Shown here: in pieces, positions 19,532-28,245 of the stretch
How the letters are laid out: each line of letters opens with the position of its first letter
Numbering within the stretch: position 1 is the first letter of the stretch
Assembly: GCF_020037015.1 (NCBI RefSeq)
Contig: NZ_JAIQDE010000007.1
Location: forward strand, 51,886 to 115,885
Direction of reading: 5' to 3'
DNA from: Corallococcus sp. AS-1-6
GTDB lineage: Bacteria; Myxococcota; Myxococcia; Myxococcales; Myxococcaceae
Length of the DNA stretch: 64,000 nt
The notes under the pieces: model-generated
What the model saw: only the letters and a program-made list of their open reading frames with translations
Database searches by the model: none
Told to the model about the DNA's origin: nothing
Translations under genes and position numbers: made by a program

Positions 19532-22500
19532 TGGCGTCGAGACGTCTCCGCCGCGAGTCGCGGCTCGCCTTCGATGCGCTCGCCATCGAGGGCGGCCTCC
19601 TGTCTCCCGAGTGGCTCGCGAAGGTGGCGCAGCTCGAGGCGCCCCGGCAGGCGCCCGCGGACTACGACATCGAAAAGGGGTTGCAGATCCGCGACGAGAT
19701 TGGCCGGTATTGGCGCATCGCGGAGCCGAAGTGGCGGGACTTCGTGGCCGCGCGGGCCGCGGGCGGTGACTCGCGGGCCGCCGCCGAGGACTTCGTCACC
19801 GGGCTGCTGTCCAAGGTGTTCGGGTTCGGGTCATTGAAGCAGGTGGGCACCGTCACCTCCGGCGAGCGCTCGTACCCCCTCGGGTGGGCGGCGCTCGATG
19901 GAAGAGTGCCTGTGGTCATCGCCGGGCCGCTGCCACCCGGCGCGAAGGAGAGCGCGCTCGACAAGCTCTCGGCCAGTTTTGGCGAGGAGTCCCGGCGGCG
20001 GACGCCCTTCGGCCTGTGTCAGGAGTTCCTCAACGCCAACGACGGCGCGATGTGGGGGCTCGTCACGGACGGGCTGACGCTGCGCGTGCTCCGCGACAAT
20101 GTCAGCCTCACCCGGCCCGCATGGCTGGAGGTGGACCTGCAGGCCATCTTCACGGGCGGCCGGTTCGCGGACTTCGCCGCGCTCTGGCTGCTCATGCACC
20201 AGACGCGCTTTGGCCGGTCAGGACAGGCATCTTCGGAATGCCCGCTCGAGCAATGGCGCGCCCTTGGACGGGAGGAAGGGACGCGGGCCCGGGAGCAGCT
20301 CCGCGATGGCGTCGAGGCGGCGCTGCGGTCGCTGGGGCAGGGGTTCCTCGCCCACCGTGACAACCAGGCGCTGCGTCAGGCGCTCGACCAGGGGACGGTG
20401 ACGGAGCACGACTACTTCCAGCAGCTCCTGCGGCTCGTCTACCGGCTGATCTTCCTGTTGACCGTGGAGGAGCGTGGGCTCTTGCATCCGGAGGGCACCC
20501 CGGATGAGGCGAAGGCGCTCTATGCCGGCGGCTACTCGCTCCAGGGAATGCGGGAGCGGGTGGTGCGCCGCAGCGCGCATGATCGCCACCACGACGCCTG
20601 GGAGGCAGTGAAGGTCTCCTTCCGGGGGCTGGCCACGGGACAGCCGGCACTCGGGCTGCCGGCGCTCGCGGGCATCTTCGCGCCCGCGCGGTGCCGGGAC
20701 CTGGACGCGGGCCGCATCGAGAACCGCTTCTTCCTTCATGCGCTCTATCGTTTGTCCTGGCTGCAGGAGGCCGGCGGGCTGGCCCGCGTGAACTGGCGCG
20801 ACATGGGCCCGGAGGAACTGGGGAGCGTCTACGAGAGCCTTCTCGAACTCACCCCGCGCGTCGTGAACGGGGGCCGTGAGTTCACCTTCGCCGAGGGCGC
20901 GGAGGGCAAGGGGCACGCCCGGAAGACGACGGGGAGCTACTACACGCCGGACAGCCTCGTGCAGGTGCTGCTCGACTCGGCCCTCACGCCGGTCATGGAG
21001 CGCGCGGAGGCCGCGCGTCCGGACGCGAAGGCAGAGGCGCTGCTGGGGCTGACGGTGGTGGATCCCGCGTGCGGGAGTGGTCACTTCCTGCTCGCGGCGG
21101 CGCGGCGGCTGGCTGCACGGGTGGCCCAACACGAAGCGAAGGGCACCGCATCACCGAAGCAGTACCAGCATGCCCTGCGCCAGGTCGTGAGCCGCTGCAT
21201 CTTCGGCGTCGACCTGAACCCTCTCGCGGTGGAACTCTGCAAGGTGGGCTTGTGGATGGAGGCCGTCGAGCCCGGCCTTCCCCTCTCGTTCCTGGACTCC
21301 CACGTCCAGTGCGGCAACGCGCTGCTGGGCACCCTGCCGGGGCTCATGGACGGCGGCATCCCCGACGAGGCCTGGGCGCCTATTGGCGAAGATGACCGGA
21401 AGACGTCCAGCGCGCTGAAGAAGCGCAACAAGGTGGCGAAGAAGCAAGCCCCGTTGCCGCTTGGGGTGGCCCGCGAGGAGTCACTGGTGCTGGAGAAGGC
21501 CGTGGTGGCCCTCGATTCGGCGCAGGACCTGGACGTCACGGCCCTGGCGAAGAAGGAGGCGGACTGGGCGGCGCTGCGAGGGTCAAAGGAGTTCGCCCAC
21601 CTGAAGCTCGTCGCGGACACCTGGTGCTCGACCTTCGTGTGGCCGAAGCCCGCGCCGACGGCGAAGGTGGTGGAGGTTGCCCCGACGGAGGATGGATGGC
21701 GGCTGCTGCGGGACGGGGAGGTCGAACCGTCCCCTCTGATGGTCGAGACGGTGCGAGGGCTCACTCGGCGGTATGGCTTCTTCCACTGGCAGCTCGCGTT
21801 CCCGCAGGTCTTCGCTCGTGGCGGTTTCGACGTCGTGTTGGGCAACCCGCCCTGGGAGCGGGTGAAGTTGCAGGAGCAGGAGTTCTTCGCGTCGCGCAGT
21901 GCGGCCATTGCGTCCGCAGAGAACGCGGCGGTGAGGAAGAAGCTCATCGCGAAGCTGCCGGAGGAAGACCCCCGCTTGTGGGAGGAGTGGAGCCAGGCCA
22001 GCCGGGAGGCGGAGGGACAAAGCCACTTCGTGCGGCAGTCGGGCCGGTTCCCTCTGTGCGGCAAGGGTGACGTGAACACCTATGCGCTGTTCGCGGAGCA
22101 CAACCGAACCGTAACTGCCCGAAATGGGCGTGCCGGCTTTATCGTGCCCACGGGGCTTGCCACTGACGATACGACCAAGGAGTACTTCGGTACGTTGATC
22201 TCCGGACGTGAACTTGCGTCATTCTTCGGCTTCGAGAACGAGGAGTTCGTCTTTCCCGGCGTCCACCACGCATTCAAGTTCGCGCTGCTGACCATCGACC
22301 GTGGCGGTGGTACTGAAAACGCCGATCTCGTGTTCTTCGCGCGGCAGGTGTTGGCATTGGCCGATACATCAAGGCACTTCACGCTTTCCTCCGCTGACTT
22401 TGAACTCCTCAATCCGAACACGAAGACCTGTCCGACGTTCCGCTCGCAGCGGGACGCGGAGCTGAATCTGCGCATGTATTGGCGCGCAGGCGTATTGTGG

Positions 22501-23529
22501 CGTGAGGACGACGCGGCCGGAGGAAATCCCTGGGGTTTGCGCTTCATGGCCATGATTCATATGGCGAACGATTCAGCCCTGTTCTGGTCTCGCGATCGTC
22601 TTGAGGCTGCTGGATTCACCCTGCACGGCAACCACTTCAAGAAGGAGCTGGAGACCTGGCTCCCGCTCATGGAGGCCAAGATGGTCCACCAGTTCGACCA
22701 TCGGTTCGGCACGTATGAGGGGCAGACCCAGGCGCAGGAGAATCAGGGGAAACTGCCAGAGTTCGATGACGCGGCGCACGCCGAACCAGAGCGACTCACG
22801 CACCCGTACTACTGGGTCGCCGCCACGGAGGTCCATGAACGCGTGAAGGGTGTTTGGGCCCAGGATTGGTTCATCGGCTGGCGGGACATCTGCCGGAGCA
22901 CGGATCAGAGGACTGTGATTGGTGCAATCTTCCCCAGGGCCGCAATTGGTCATACGACTCCTCTCCTGTTCACCAAGCAGCCGCCGAGTATGGCTGCTGC
23001 CCTCTACGCGAACCTCATGGCGTTTGTTTTCGACTATGCCGCGCGTCAGAAGGTGGGGGGGACACACCTGACCTACGCATACTTCAAGCAGCTTCCCGCA
23101 CTAAAGCCTGAGCAGTTCACTGCTGGATGCGCCTGGTCGAAGGAGGTCGGTGTTGCTGAGTGGATCGCTCCCCGTGTCGTTGAGCTGACCTACACGGCCT
23201 GGGACCTTGAAGGCTTCGGGACCGACGTGGGCTTCGAAGGGCCGCCGTTCCGCTGGGATCCCGAGCGCCGTGCGCTCCTGCGTGCCGAACTCGACGCCGC
23301 CTTCTTCCACCTCTATGGCCTCTCGCGCGACGACACGGACTACATTCTCGAAACGTTCCCGATCGTGAAACGGAACGACGAGAAGAAGCATGGCGAGTAC
23401 CGCACGAAGCGCCTCATCCTCGAGCGCTATGATGCGCTGGCCGCCGCCAGCCGGACCGGCGCATACGAATCCCCGCTCGTCCCGCCGCCAGCGCATGCTT
23501 CGCAGCGCCATCCCTCGCGTTCCCGATGA
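19531..23529 (+). CDS. large N6-adenine DNA methyltransferase, gamma-class / Eco57I-like (DISARM DrmMI-like)
   Basis: Motif I 'VVDPACGSGHFLLAAARRL' precedes motif IV 'VLGNPPWERV' (NPPW). The GTG/ATG start overlaps the SNF2 stop (GTGATG). The N-terminal ~450 aa has no recognisable motif and the C-terminal region is long, as in DrmMI-like proteins. Confidence 0.85.
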   Translation: MASRRLRRESRLAFDALAIEGGLLSPEWLAKVAQLEAPRQAPADYDIEKGLQIRDEIGRYWRIAEPKWRDFVAARAAGGDSRAAAEDFVTGLLSKVFGFGSLKQVGTVTSGERSYPLGWAALDGRVPVVIAGPLPPGAKESALDKLSASFGEESRRRTPFGLCQEFLNANDGAMWGLVTDGLTLRVLRDNVSLTRPAWLEVDLQAIFTGGRFADFAALWLLMHQTRFGRSGQASSECPLEQWRALGREEGTRAREQLRDGVEAALRSLGQGFLAHRDNQALRQALDQGTVTEHDYFQQLLRLVYRLIFLLTVEERGLLHPEGTPDEAKALYAGGYSLQGMRERVVRRSAHDRHHDAWEAVKVSFRGLATGQPALGLPALAGIFAPARCRDLDAGRIENRFFLHALYRLSWLQEAGGLARVNWRDMGPEELGSVYESLLELTPRVVNGGREFTFAEGAEGKGHARKTTGSYYTPDSLVQVLLDSALTPVMERAEAARPDAKAEALLGLTVVDPACGSGHFLLAAARRLAARVAQHEAKGTASPKQYQHALRQVVSRCIFGVDLNPLAVELCKVGLWMEAVEPGLPLSFLDSHVQCGNALLGTLPGLMDGGIPDEAWAPIGEDDRKTSSALKKRNKVAKKQAPLPLGVAREESLVLEKAVVALDSAQDLDVTALAKKEADWAALRGSKEFAHLKLVADTWCSTFVWPKPAPTAKVVEVAPTEDGWRLLRDGEVEPSPLMVETVRGLTRRYGFFHWQLAFPQVFARGGFDVVLGNPPWERVKLQEQEFFASRSAAIASAENAAVRKKLIAKLPEEDPRLWEEWSQASREAEGQSHFVRQSGRFPLCGKGDVNTYALFAEHNRTVTARNGRAGFIVPTGLATDDTTKEYFGTLISGRELASFFGFENEEFVFPGVHHAFKFALLTIDRGGGTENADLVFFARQVLALADTSRHFTLSSADFELLNPNTKTCPTFRSQRDAELNLRMYWRAGVLWREDDAAGGNPWGLRFMAMIHMANDSALFWSRDRLEAAGFTLHGNHFKKELETWLPLMEAKMVHQFDHRFGTYEGQTQAQENQGKLPEFDDAAHAEPERLTHPYYWVAATEVHERVKGVWAQDWFIGWRDICRSTDQRTVIGAIFPRAAIGHTTPLLFTKQPPSMAAALYANLMAFVFDYAARQKVGGTHLTYAYFKQLPALKPEQFTAGCAWSKEVGVAEWIAPRVVELTYTAWDLEGFGTDVGFEGPPFRWDPERRALLRAELDAAFFHLYGLSRDDTDYILETFPIVKRNDEKKHGEYRTKRLILERYDALAAASRTGAYESPLVPPPAHASQRHPSRSR

Positions 23530-24314
23530 CGCTCACCCTGGTCCAAAGGTCGCTGCTGGAGAAGGTCGCCCAGGACAACGGCTTTGACGTCCCGGAGACG
23601 GCCGTGGACCCGTGGCTGTCCTTTGCGAGTACCCAGGTCCCGTTGCGGCTGTGGCTGGGCGCCATGGATGATGCGTGGCTCGTCGCGTTTTCACAGCCAG
23701 CCGTCGCGGCCGAACTGCTTCCGTTGACCGGCGAGACCTCCGCCGCGTTGCCTTCAGGGGCCGCGGCGGCCGGGCGGGTCGCGGACCTCATGCAGCTTCA
23801 CCGCGTGGTCCGACGCGCGTACCAACTCTCGGGCACGTTGCCCGACGAGCTGTTCCACCTGTTCGAGCGCGTCACGAAGGACCTGCCTCAGACGACCGAA
23901 GTCGAGCGCCTCACGGTGCAGCGGGTGGGGCAGGACCTCTTCCGGGAGGGACTTCTGCGCTATTGGGAGGGCCGCTGCGCGGTCACCGGACTCTCCGAGC
24001 CCGAACTCCTGCGCGCCAGCCACATCAGACCGTGGGCGAAGTGTGAGACCGCCCAGGAGCGCCTCAACGTGTTCAACGGCATCCTGCTGGCGGTCCACCT
24101 CGACGCCGCGTTCGACCGCGGGTTCATCACTTTCGAGGACGGGGGACGAATGGTCATCTCCTCGGCCCTGTCCCCGGAGGACTCCCAGCGGTTGGGCTTG
24201 AATCCCGGACTCTCGTTGACGCGGATTGACCCACTGCACCGCACGGCGCTGGCGTGGCACCGGGCGAACTGTTTCCGAGGGCGTGTGAGCAAGGCGGATG
24301 ACCTTCGCGGATGA
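23526..24314 (+). CDS. HNH nuclease (HNH_2-type) with an uncharacterised N-terminal domain
   Basis: 'WEGRCAVTGLSEPELLRASHIRPWAKC...NGILLAVHLDAAFDRGFITFEDGG' matches the HNH_2 pattern (C..tG...aHIkPw...N.i.L....H..FD.g). Its ATG overlaps the methyltransferase stop (ATGA). Confidence 0.7.
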   Translation: MTLTLVQRSLLEKVAQDNGFDVPETAVDPWLSFASTQVPLRLWLGAMDDAWLVAFSQPAVAAELLPLTGETSAALPSGAAAAGRVADLMQLHRVVRRAYQLSGTLPDELFHLFERVTKDLPQTTEVERLTVQRVGQDLFREGLLRYWEGRCAVTGLSEPELLRASHIRPWAKCETAQERLNVFNGILLAVHLDAAFDRGFITFEDGGRMVISSALSPEDSQRLGLNPGLSLTRIDPLHRTALAWHRANCFRGRVSKADDLRG

Positions 24315-24623
24315 AGCACCACCCAGGCCGTGGGATATCGAGAAGCAAGGCCTCCCATGAGGCTCATATCCCTGCCACTCGGATGACGGGAGCGCGGCTC
24401 GGGCAAGCTACGGGCATGGGCGGCAGGAGGCTGCCTGCTCCGCCTGCTGGTTCCGGATCCAGACAGGAATCGTGGCATGACACATCTGCCCATGGGCCGT
24501 CGTGGCCCCGGGTGGCTGGTGGCGCGCCCTCCGTGCAATGCATTGGCCCGCGCTCCGCGGCCCTGTCGGACCGAATGGGAAGACTCGGTCCTTTTCCCGG
24601 CTGGGCCTTCCAAGGAGACGCCG

Positions 24624-26066
24624 ATGTTCATGCGCTGGAGTTGGGTCATCGTGCTGTTGCTGTTACCCGGCGCGGGAGGGGCGCAGGAGGTTGCCGTCCC
24701 AGAGGACCTTGACGCGACCGTGCGCAGGCTGGAGGAGGCGATTTCGGCCGAGTTTTTCGGCGAGGAAGAAGAGGGATCGGCACCTCCCGAAGAGGAGGCT
24801 TCACCGTCCGCCACGTCCGACTCGATGGCGCCATGGACGAACCTGCTGCGCATGGACGCGGCGACGTTGACGTTGCTGCCCCGAAGGGGAGCGGGTACCG
24901 CAGAAGGCTTCGTACAGGTGGAGCCCATGGTTGCCTTGGGGAAGGGGGAGTCGTCGCGCCTCATCCTCGGGGCGCCCGTGCGGCTTCGGCTGTGGGGTGG
25001 AGGGGAAGGGGCGGGCCTCGTGCGGAAGGAGGACTGGGACACGCTGTCCGACTGGGGGCAGGTGGTGCGCCTCTTCATGGTGGGTGGGGACACGCCCGAC
25101 TCGGTGTGGTTGGGGATGATGGAGGGCTACTCCCTCTTGTCCGGGCACCTGGTGCGGCGCTACGGCAACCGCGTCAACCCCGACTCCCACCCTGCCGGCG
25201 TCATCGCGACGGGAACGCTGGGGCCCGTGTACGCGGAAGCCTTCGCCTCGGACGTGCTGAGCGCTCGCCTGATGGGAGCGGAGGTCGCCCTGGACGTGCA
25301 GCACATCCTCTTCGGCCGCCCCTCTGTCCCGGGACGCTACACGCTGGCGCTGTCGGCGGTGCATGACTGGGGGCGGGGAGGCGGTACTCCGAGGCCCAGG
25401 ACGCTGGCGCACCTGGACGTCACCGCCGTGGTGCTGCGGCGCGGGGGCAAGGGCCAGAGGCTGGAGGCGCACCTGCTGGGCGGGTGGGGCGGCCGCCCGG
25501 CCGAGGGCGGAGCGTGGGGCGCGGTAGCGGGCGTGGGCGTGGATGCGTTGACGCCGACGGTGGACCTGCGGGCGCGTCTGGAAGGGCGCCTGCAGCGCGG
25601 AGGCTTCCGTCAGGGGGTCTTCGGCCCGGACCATGAGCTGGCGCGCTTCCAGGTGGCGGGCCCGGCCTCCGTGCCGCTCGCGGAGGCGTCCTTCCCAGAG
25701 GGGACTTCCGTCTACGGGGAGGTGATTCTCGGCTGGGACGCGGTGCGGCTGAGTGGCATGCGCCAGCGTCACCTCTTCCTTTCCCTGGGCGTGGAAGCCT
25801 TCTCCTGGGGCCGCGTGGACATGGACGGGCGGGTGGAGGCGCAACTCTTCCACCGGAACTTCAGCCTGGGGGTCGGCGGACTGGCGACGGCCATGGGCCA
25901 GTCCGGAGCGCGCTACCTCGTTTCGGGGGAGGCCCGGTGGCGCTTGCTGGGCGGCAACCTCTACGCGTTGGGGCAGGGCGGCACGCTGCTGTTCCCCTCG
26001 CCGGAGGGGACACTGCGGCCGGGGGCCTTCGCGGCCTTGGGGCTGGGGGTGGACAATGCGCGCTGA
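24624..26066 (+). CDS. secreted hypothetical protein, Gly/Arg-rich, possible outer-membrane beta-barrel (SitB-like position)
   Basis: Signal peptide MFMRWSWVIVLLLLPGAGGAQE. Alternating hydrophobic pattern toward the C-terminus. High GC3. Confidence 0.45.
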   Translation: MFMRWSWVIVLLLLPGAGGAQEVAVPEDLDATVRRLEEAISAEFFGEEEEGSAPPEEEASPSATSDSMAPWTNLLRMDAATLTLLPRRGAGTAEGFVQVEPMVALGKGESSRLILGAPVRLRLWGGGEGAGLVRKEDWDTLSDWGQVVRLFMVGGDTPDSVWLGMMEGYSLLSGHLVRRYGNRVNPDSHPAGVIATGTLGPVYAEAFASDVLSARLMGAEVALDVQHILFGRPSVPGRYTLALSAVHDWGRGGGTPRPRTLAHLDVTAVVLRRGGKGQRLEAHLLGGWGGRPAEGGAWGAVAGVGVDALTPTVDLRARLEGRLQRGGFRQGVFGPDHELARFQVAGPASVPLAEASFPEGTSVYGEVILGWDAVRLSGMRQRHLFLSLGVEAFSWGRVDMDGRVEAQLFHRNFSLGVGGLATAMGQSGARYLVSGEARWRLLGGNLYALGQGGTLLFPSPEGTLRPGAFAALGLGVDNAR

Positions 26067-28245
26067 GCGACCGCCGCGCGGCGGAGCGGGCCTGGTGCTG
26101 ACCCTGGCGCTCCTCACGGCGGGGTGTGCCTCGCTGCCCGCTGGGGCGGGCCGTGGAGGCACCCTGGCTGCCGTCTCGGGCTCGACGCCCATGGCGGCCC
26201 TGGAGCGGAGTGCCATCGCGAGTCTCCCCGAGGACGACGCACTCGAGGACTTCGATGACGAGGAGGCCGAGGGCGGAACGCTCCTGCACCGTCGCCGGGC
26301 CACGCCGTCCCCTCCGGGGCCCGGCGGAGGTGAGACGACGCCCCTTCGAGTGGCGGGTGCGTGCGGGGATGTCCCTTCGGGCTGGCCGCACCTGGACTCG
26401 TCAGAGGAGGAGGTGCTGGCGCCCTTCCTGGAGTGCACCACGCCAGCGGCCTTCCTGGCCTTGCAGCGCCAGGTGGACATGCCCCGGCTGGTGGAGGCCC
26501 TCTCGGACTGGAATGCCGTCCGGCTGGGCGCCCTGGGGCCCCTGGAGGCCGACGCCACCCGCGTCCTCCTCGAAAAACGCGCGGCCTTCCTCTCCACCGC
26601 CATCGAGAAGCACGGCCTGGCCAGGGCGGAGGTTCTGGCCCTCTTCGTCCTGCACACCACCCACGACGACGAGGTTCGGCAGCTCCTGCGTCTGCTGGCC
26701 GAGGACAAGCTGCTCACGCGCGCCCTGGGGGCCATGGAGATCGTGCGCGATGAGCTGAAACAGCGGGGCCTGCCCCTCACCGACTTCCCGGAGAGGGACT
26801 TCCGCGCGGGTGACATCGCGCGCGGGCTGGGCCGGGCCGCGGATGACGTCGCGGCCTCCATTCCCCTCGTCGGTGGAAGCCGGAGCGCGGACGCATCCGC
26901 GCTTCCCCTGCGGCTCCCTCCGCCCTACCGCGCCGCCTACGAGGAGGTAGAGAAGGCGCAGTACCTGGGAGCCTTCGCGCCGGGCAACGTGGCCCTGGCG
27001 TCCTTCGACCACCTCACCTTCGGTGTGCCGCTGGGTTTCTATCACCTGACGGCGGGGACAGCGCGGGGCGGGGTCTCCCTCGCCAAGGGGGAGTACGAGG
27101 AGGCCACGCGGCAGTTGGCGCCCGCGGCCCTCATGGTGGGCCTGTACGCGGGAGGAAAGGGGGCGCGCGCATTCTGTGAAGCCGGCCTCTCCCGACAGGA
27201 GGGAGCCCTGCTTCAAGCGGTGGTGCCCCGCGTGGAGGCGCTGAAGGCGGTGCTGGCGAGGTTGGAGGCGCGACTTGGAAAGAGCGCCGTAGGGGAGGTG
27301 GCCCGTCACCTCCAGCGGAACCGGGAGGCAGCCCTCCTCGTGGGGGAGTGGGGCGAGGCGGGTGCTCTGGCGCTGCACGAGGCGCGAGGCAATATCGCCC
27401 AGGCACAGGCCGCGTTGGCGGTGCGGCACCGCGAGCCCCCGGGTGCTGGGGGCACCAGCGGGGGCTCAGGGGGAAGGGGCGGTCCCCGGCTCCCCGTGCC
27501 CTCCGAGGCGGCCGGACTCCCGGCGGAGGTGGCGGAGGCGAAGTTCAAGCAGTGGGAGGCGGAGTTCCCGGGAGCGCGCCTGCCGATGAATGTGGATGCG
27601 CTGACGCGGCACCGCCAGGCCCTGCGAGAAGCTGCTCCTGCCGAGCTCAAGACGGATCCACTCTGGGCCGACTACGTGGCGTACCTGGAGACGCGGGCCG
27701 CTGAAATCAAGCAGGGGATCGCGGAGAAGGGGCCGCTGAAGTGGGCGGGCTACCGGCTCGTCCGCGATAGGTATGCCCGGGGCCTGGACTTCGAGAGAAG
27801 GATGATCGCCCTGCTGGAGGCGGACGCGGCCCTGCCGCGGGCGAATCGGCGGTGGCTCATGGACTTCGACCAGCCGCGCATCGAAACGCACGTGGGAGTG
27901 GCGAAGGCGGACCTTCGCTTCGCGGATGTGCTCGTCATCGAAGAGGGGCCCGCTGCTGGCCCGACGCCCCGGGTGGAGACGTTCAGCTTCAAGAGCCGGG
28001 ACCTCCGCTTCTTGGAGCAGAGGGAGTTGGCTACACAAATGGCAGCGGACGCCTCCGCGGCCCTACGGTATTACGGTGAGACGGTGCGCATCCGCCGAGC
28101 TGGGCTCCGACTCAAGGTGAAGGTTCAAAGGGTCCGCCTCGTCTATGAAGGTAATCCGCTCAAGCCCAAGAAGGTGGGAGCGTTGGAGGCGGCCCTGGAC
28201 GCTGTCATGGAGGAAGTCGATGGGGTGGAGGTGGTGGTCCAATGA
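26056..28245 (+). CDS. large lipoprotein of unknown function (candidate SitA-like polymorphic toxin)
   Basis: Lipobox 'LALLTAGC'. The start ATG at 26056 overlaps the upstream stop (ATGCGCGCTGA). No known catalytic motif identified. Confidence 0.45.
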   Translation: MRAERPPRGGAGLVLTLALLTAGCASLPAGAGRGGTLAAVSGSTPMAALERSAIASLPEDDALEDFDDEEAEGGTLLHRRRATPSPPGPGGGETTPLRVAGACGDVPSGWPHLDSSEEEVLAPFLECTTPAAFLALQRQVDMPRLVEALSDWNAVRLGALGPLEADATRVLLEKRAAFLSTAIEKHGLARAEVLALFVLHTTHDDEVRQLLRLLAEDKLLTRALGAMEIVRDELKQRGLPLTDFPERDFRAGDIARGLGRAADDVAASIPLVGGSRSADASALPLRLPPPYRAAYEEVEKAQYLGAFAPGNVALASFDHLTFGVPLGFYHLTAGTARGGVSLAKGEYEEATRQLAPAALMVGLYAGGKGARAFCEAGLSRQEGALLQAVVPRVEALKAVLARLEARLGKSAVGEVARHLQRNREAALLVGEWGEAGALALHEARGNIAQAQAALAVRHREPPGAGGTSGGSGGRGGPRLPVPSEAAGLPAEVAEAKFKQWEAEFPGARLPMNVDALTRHRQALREAAPAELKTDPLWADYVAYLETRAAEIKQGIAEKGPLKWAGYRLVRDRYARGLDFERRMIALLEADAALPRANRRWLMDFDQPRIETHVGVAKADLRFADVLVIEEGPAAGPTPRVETFSFKSRDLRFLEQRELATQMAADASAALRYYGETVRIRRAGLRLKVKVQRVRLVYEGNPLKPKKVGALEAALDAVMEEVDGVEVVVQ

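Noticed and set aside
24314-24624. Lower-GC intergenic stretch between the HNH gene and the toxin-like cassette, checked for tRNA or integrase remnants
   Set aside because: No cloverleaf-compatible structure or recombinase motif recognisable by eye. Probably a promoter/leader region.
24801-26861. 686-aa ORF (-), and 25753..26055 upstream extension of the lipoprotein ORF
   Set aside because: Antisense to, or out of frame with, the secreted-protein and lipoprotein genes. The lipoprotein start with lipobox is at 26056.
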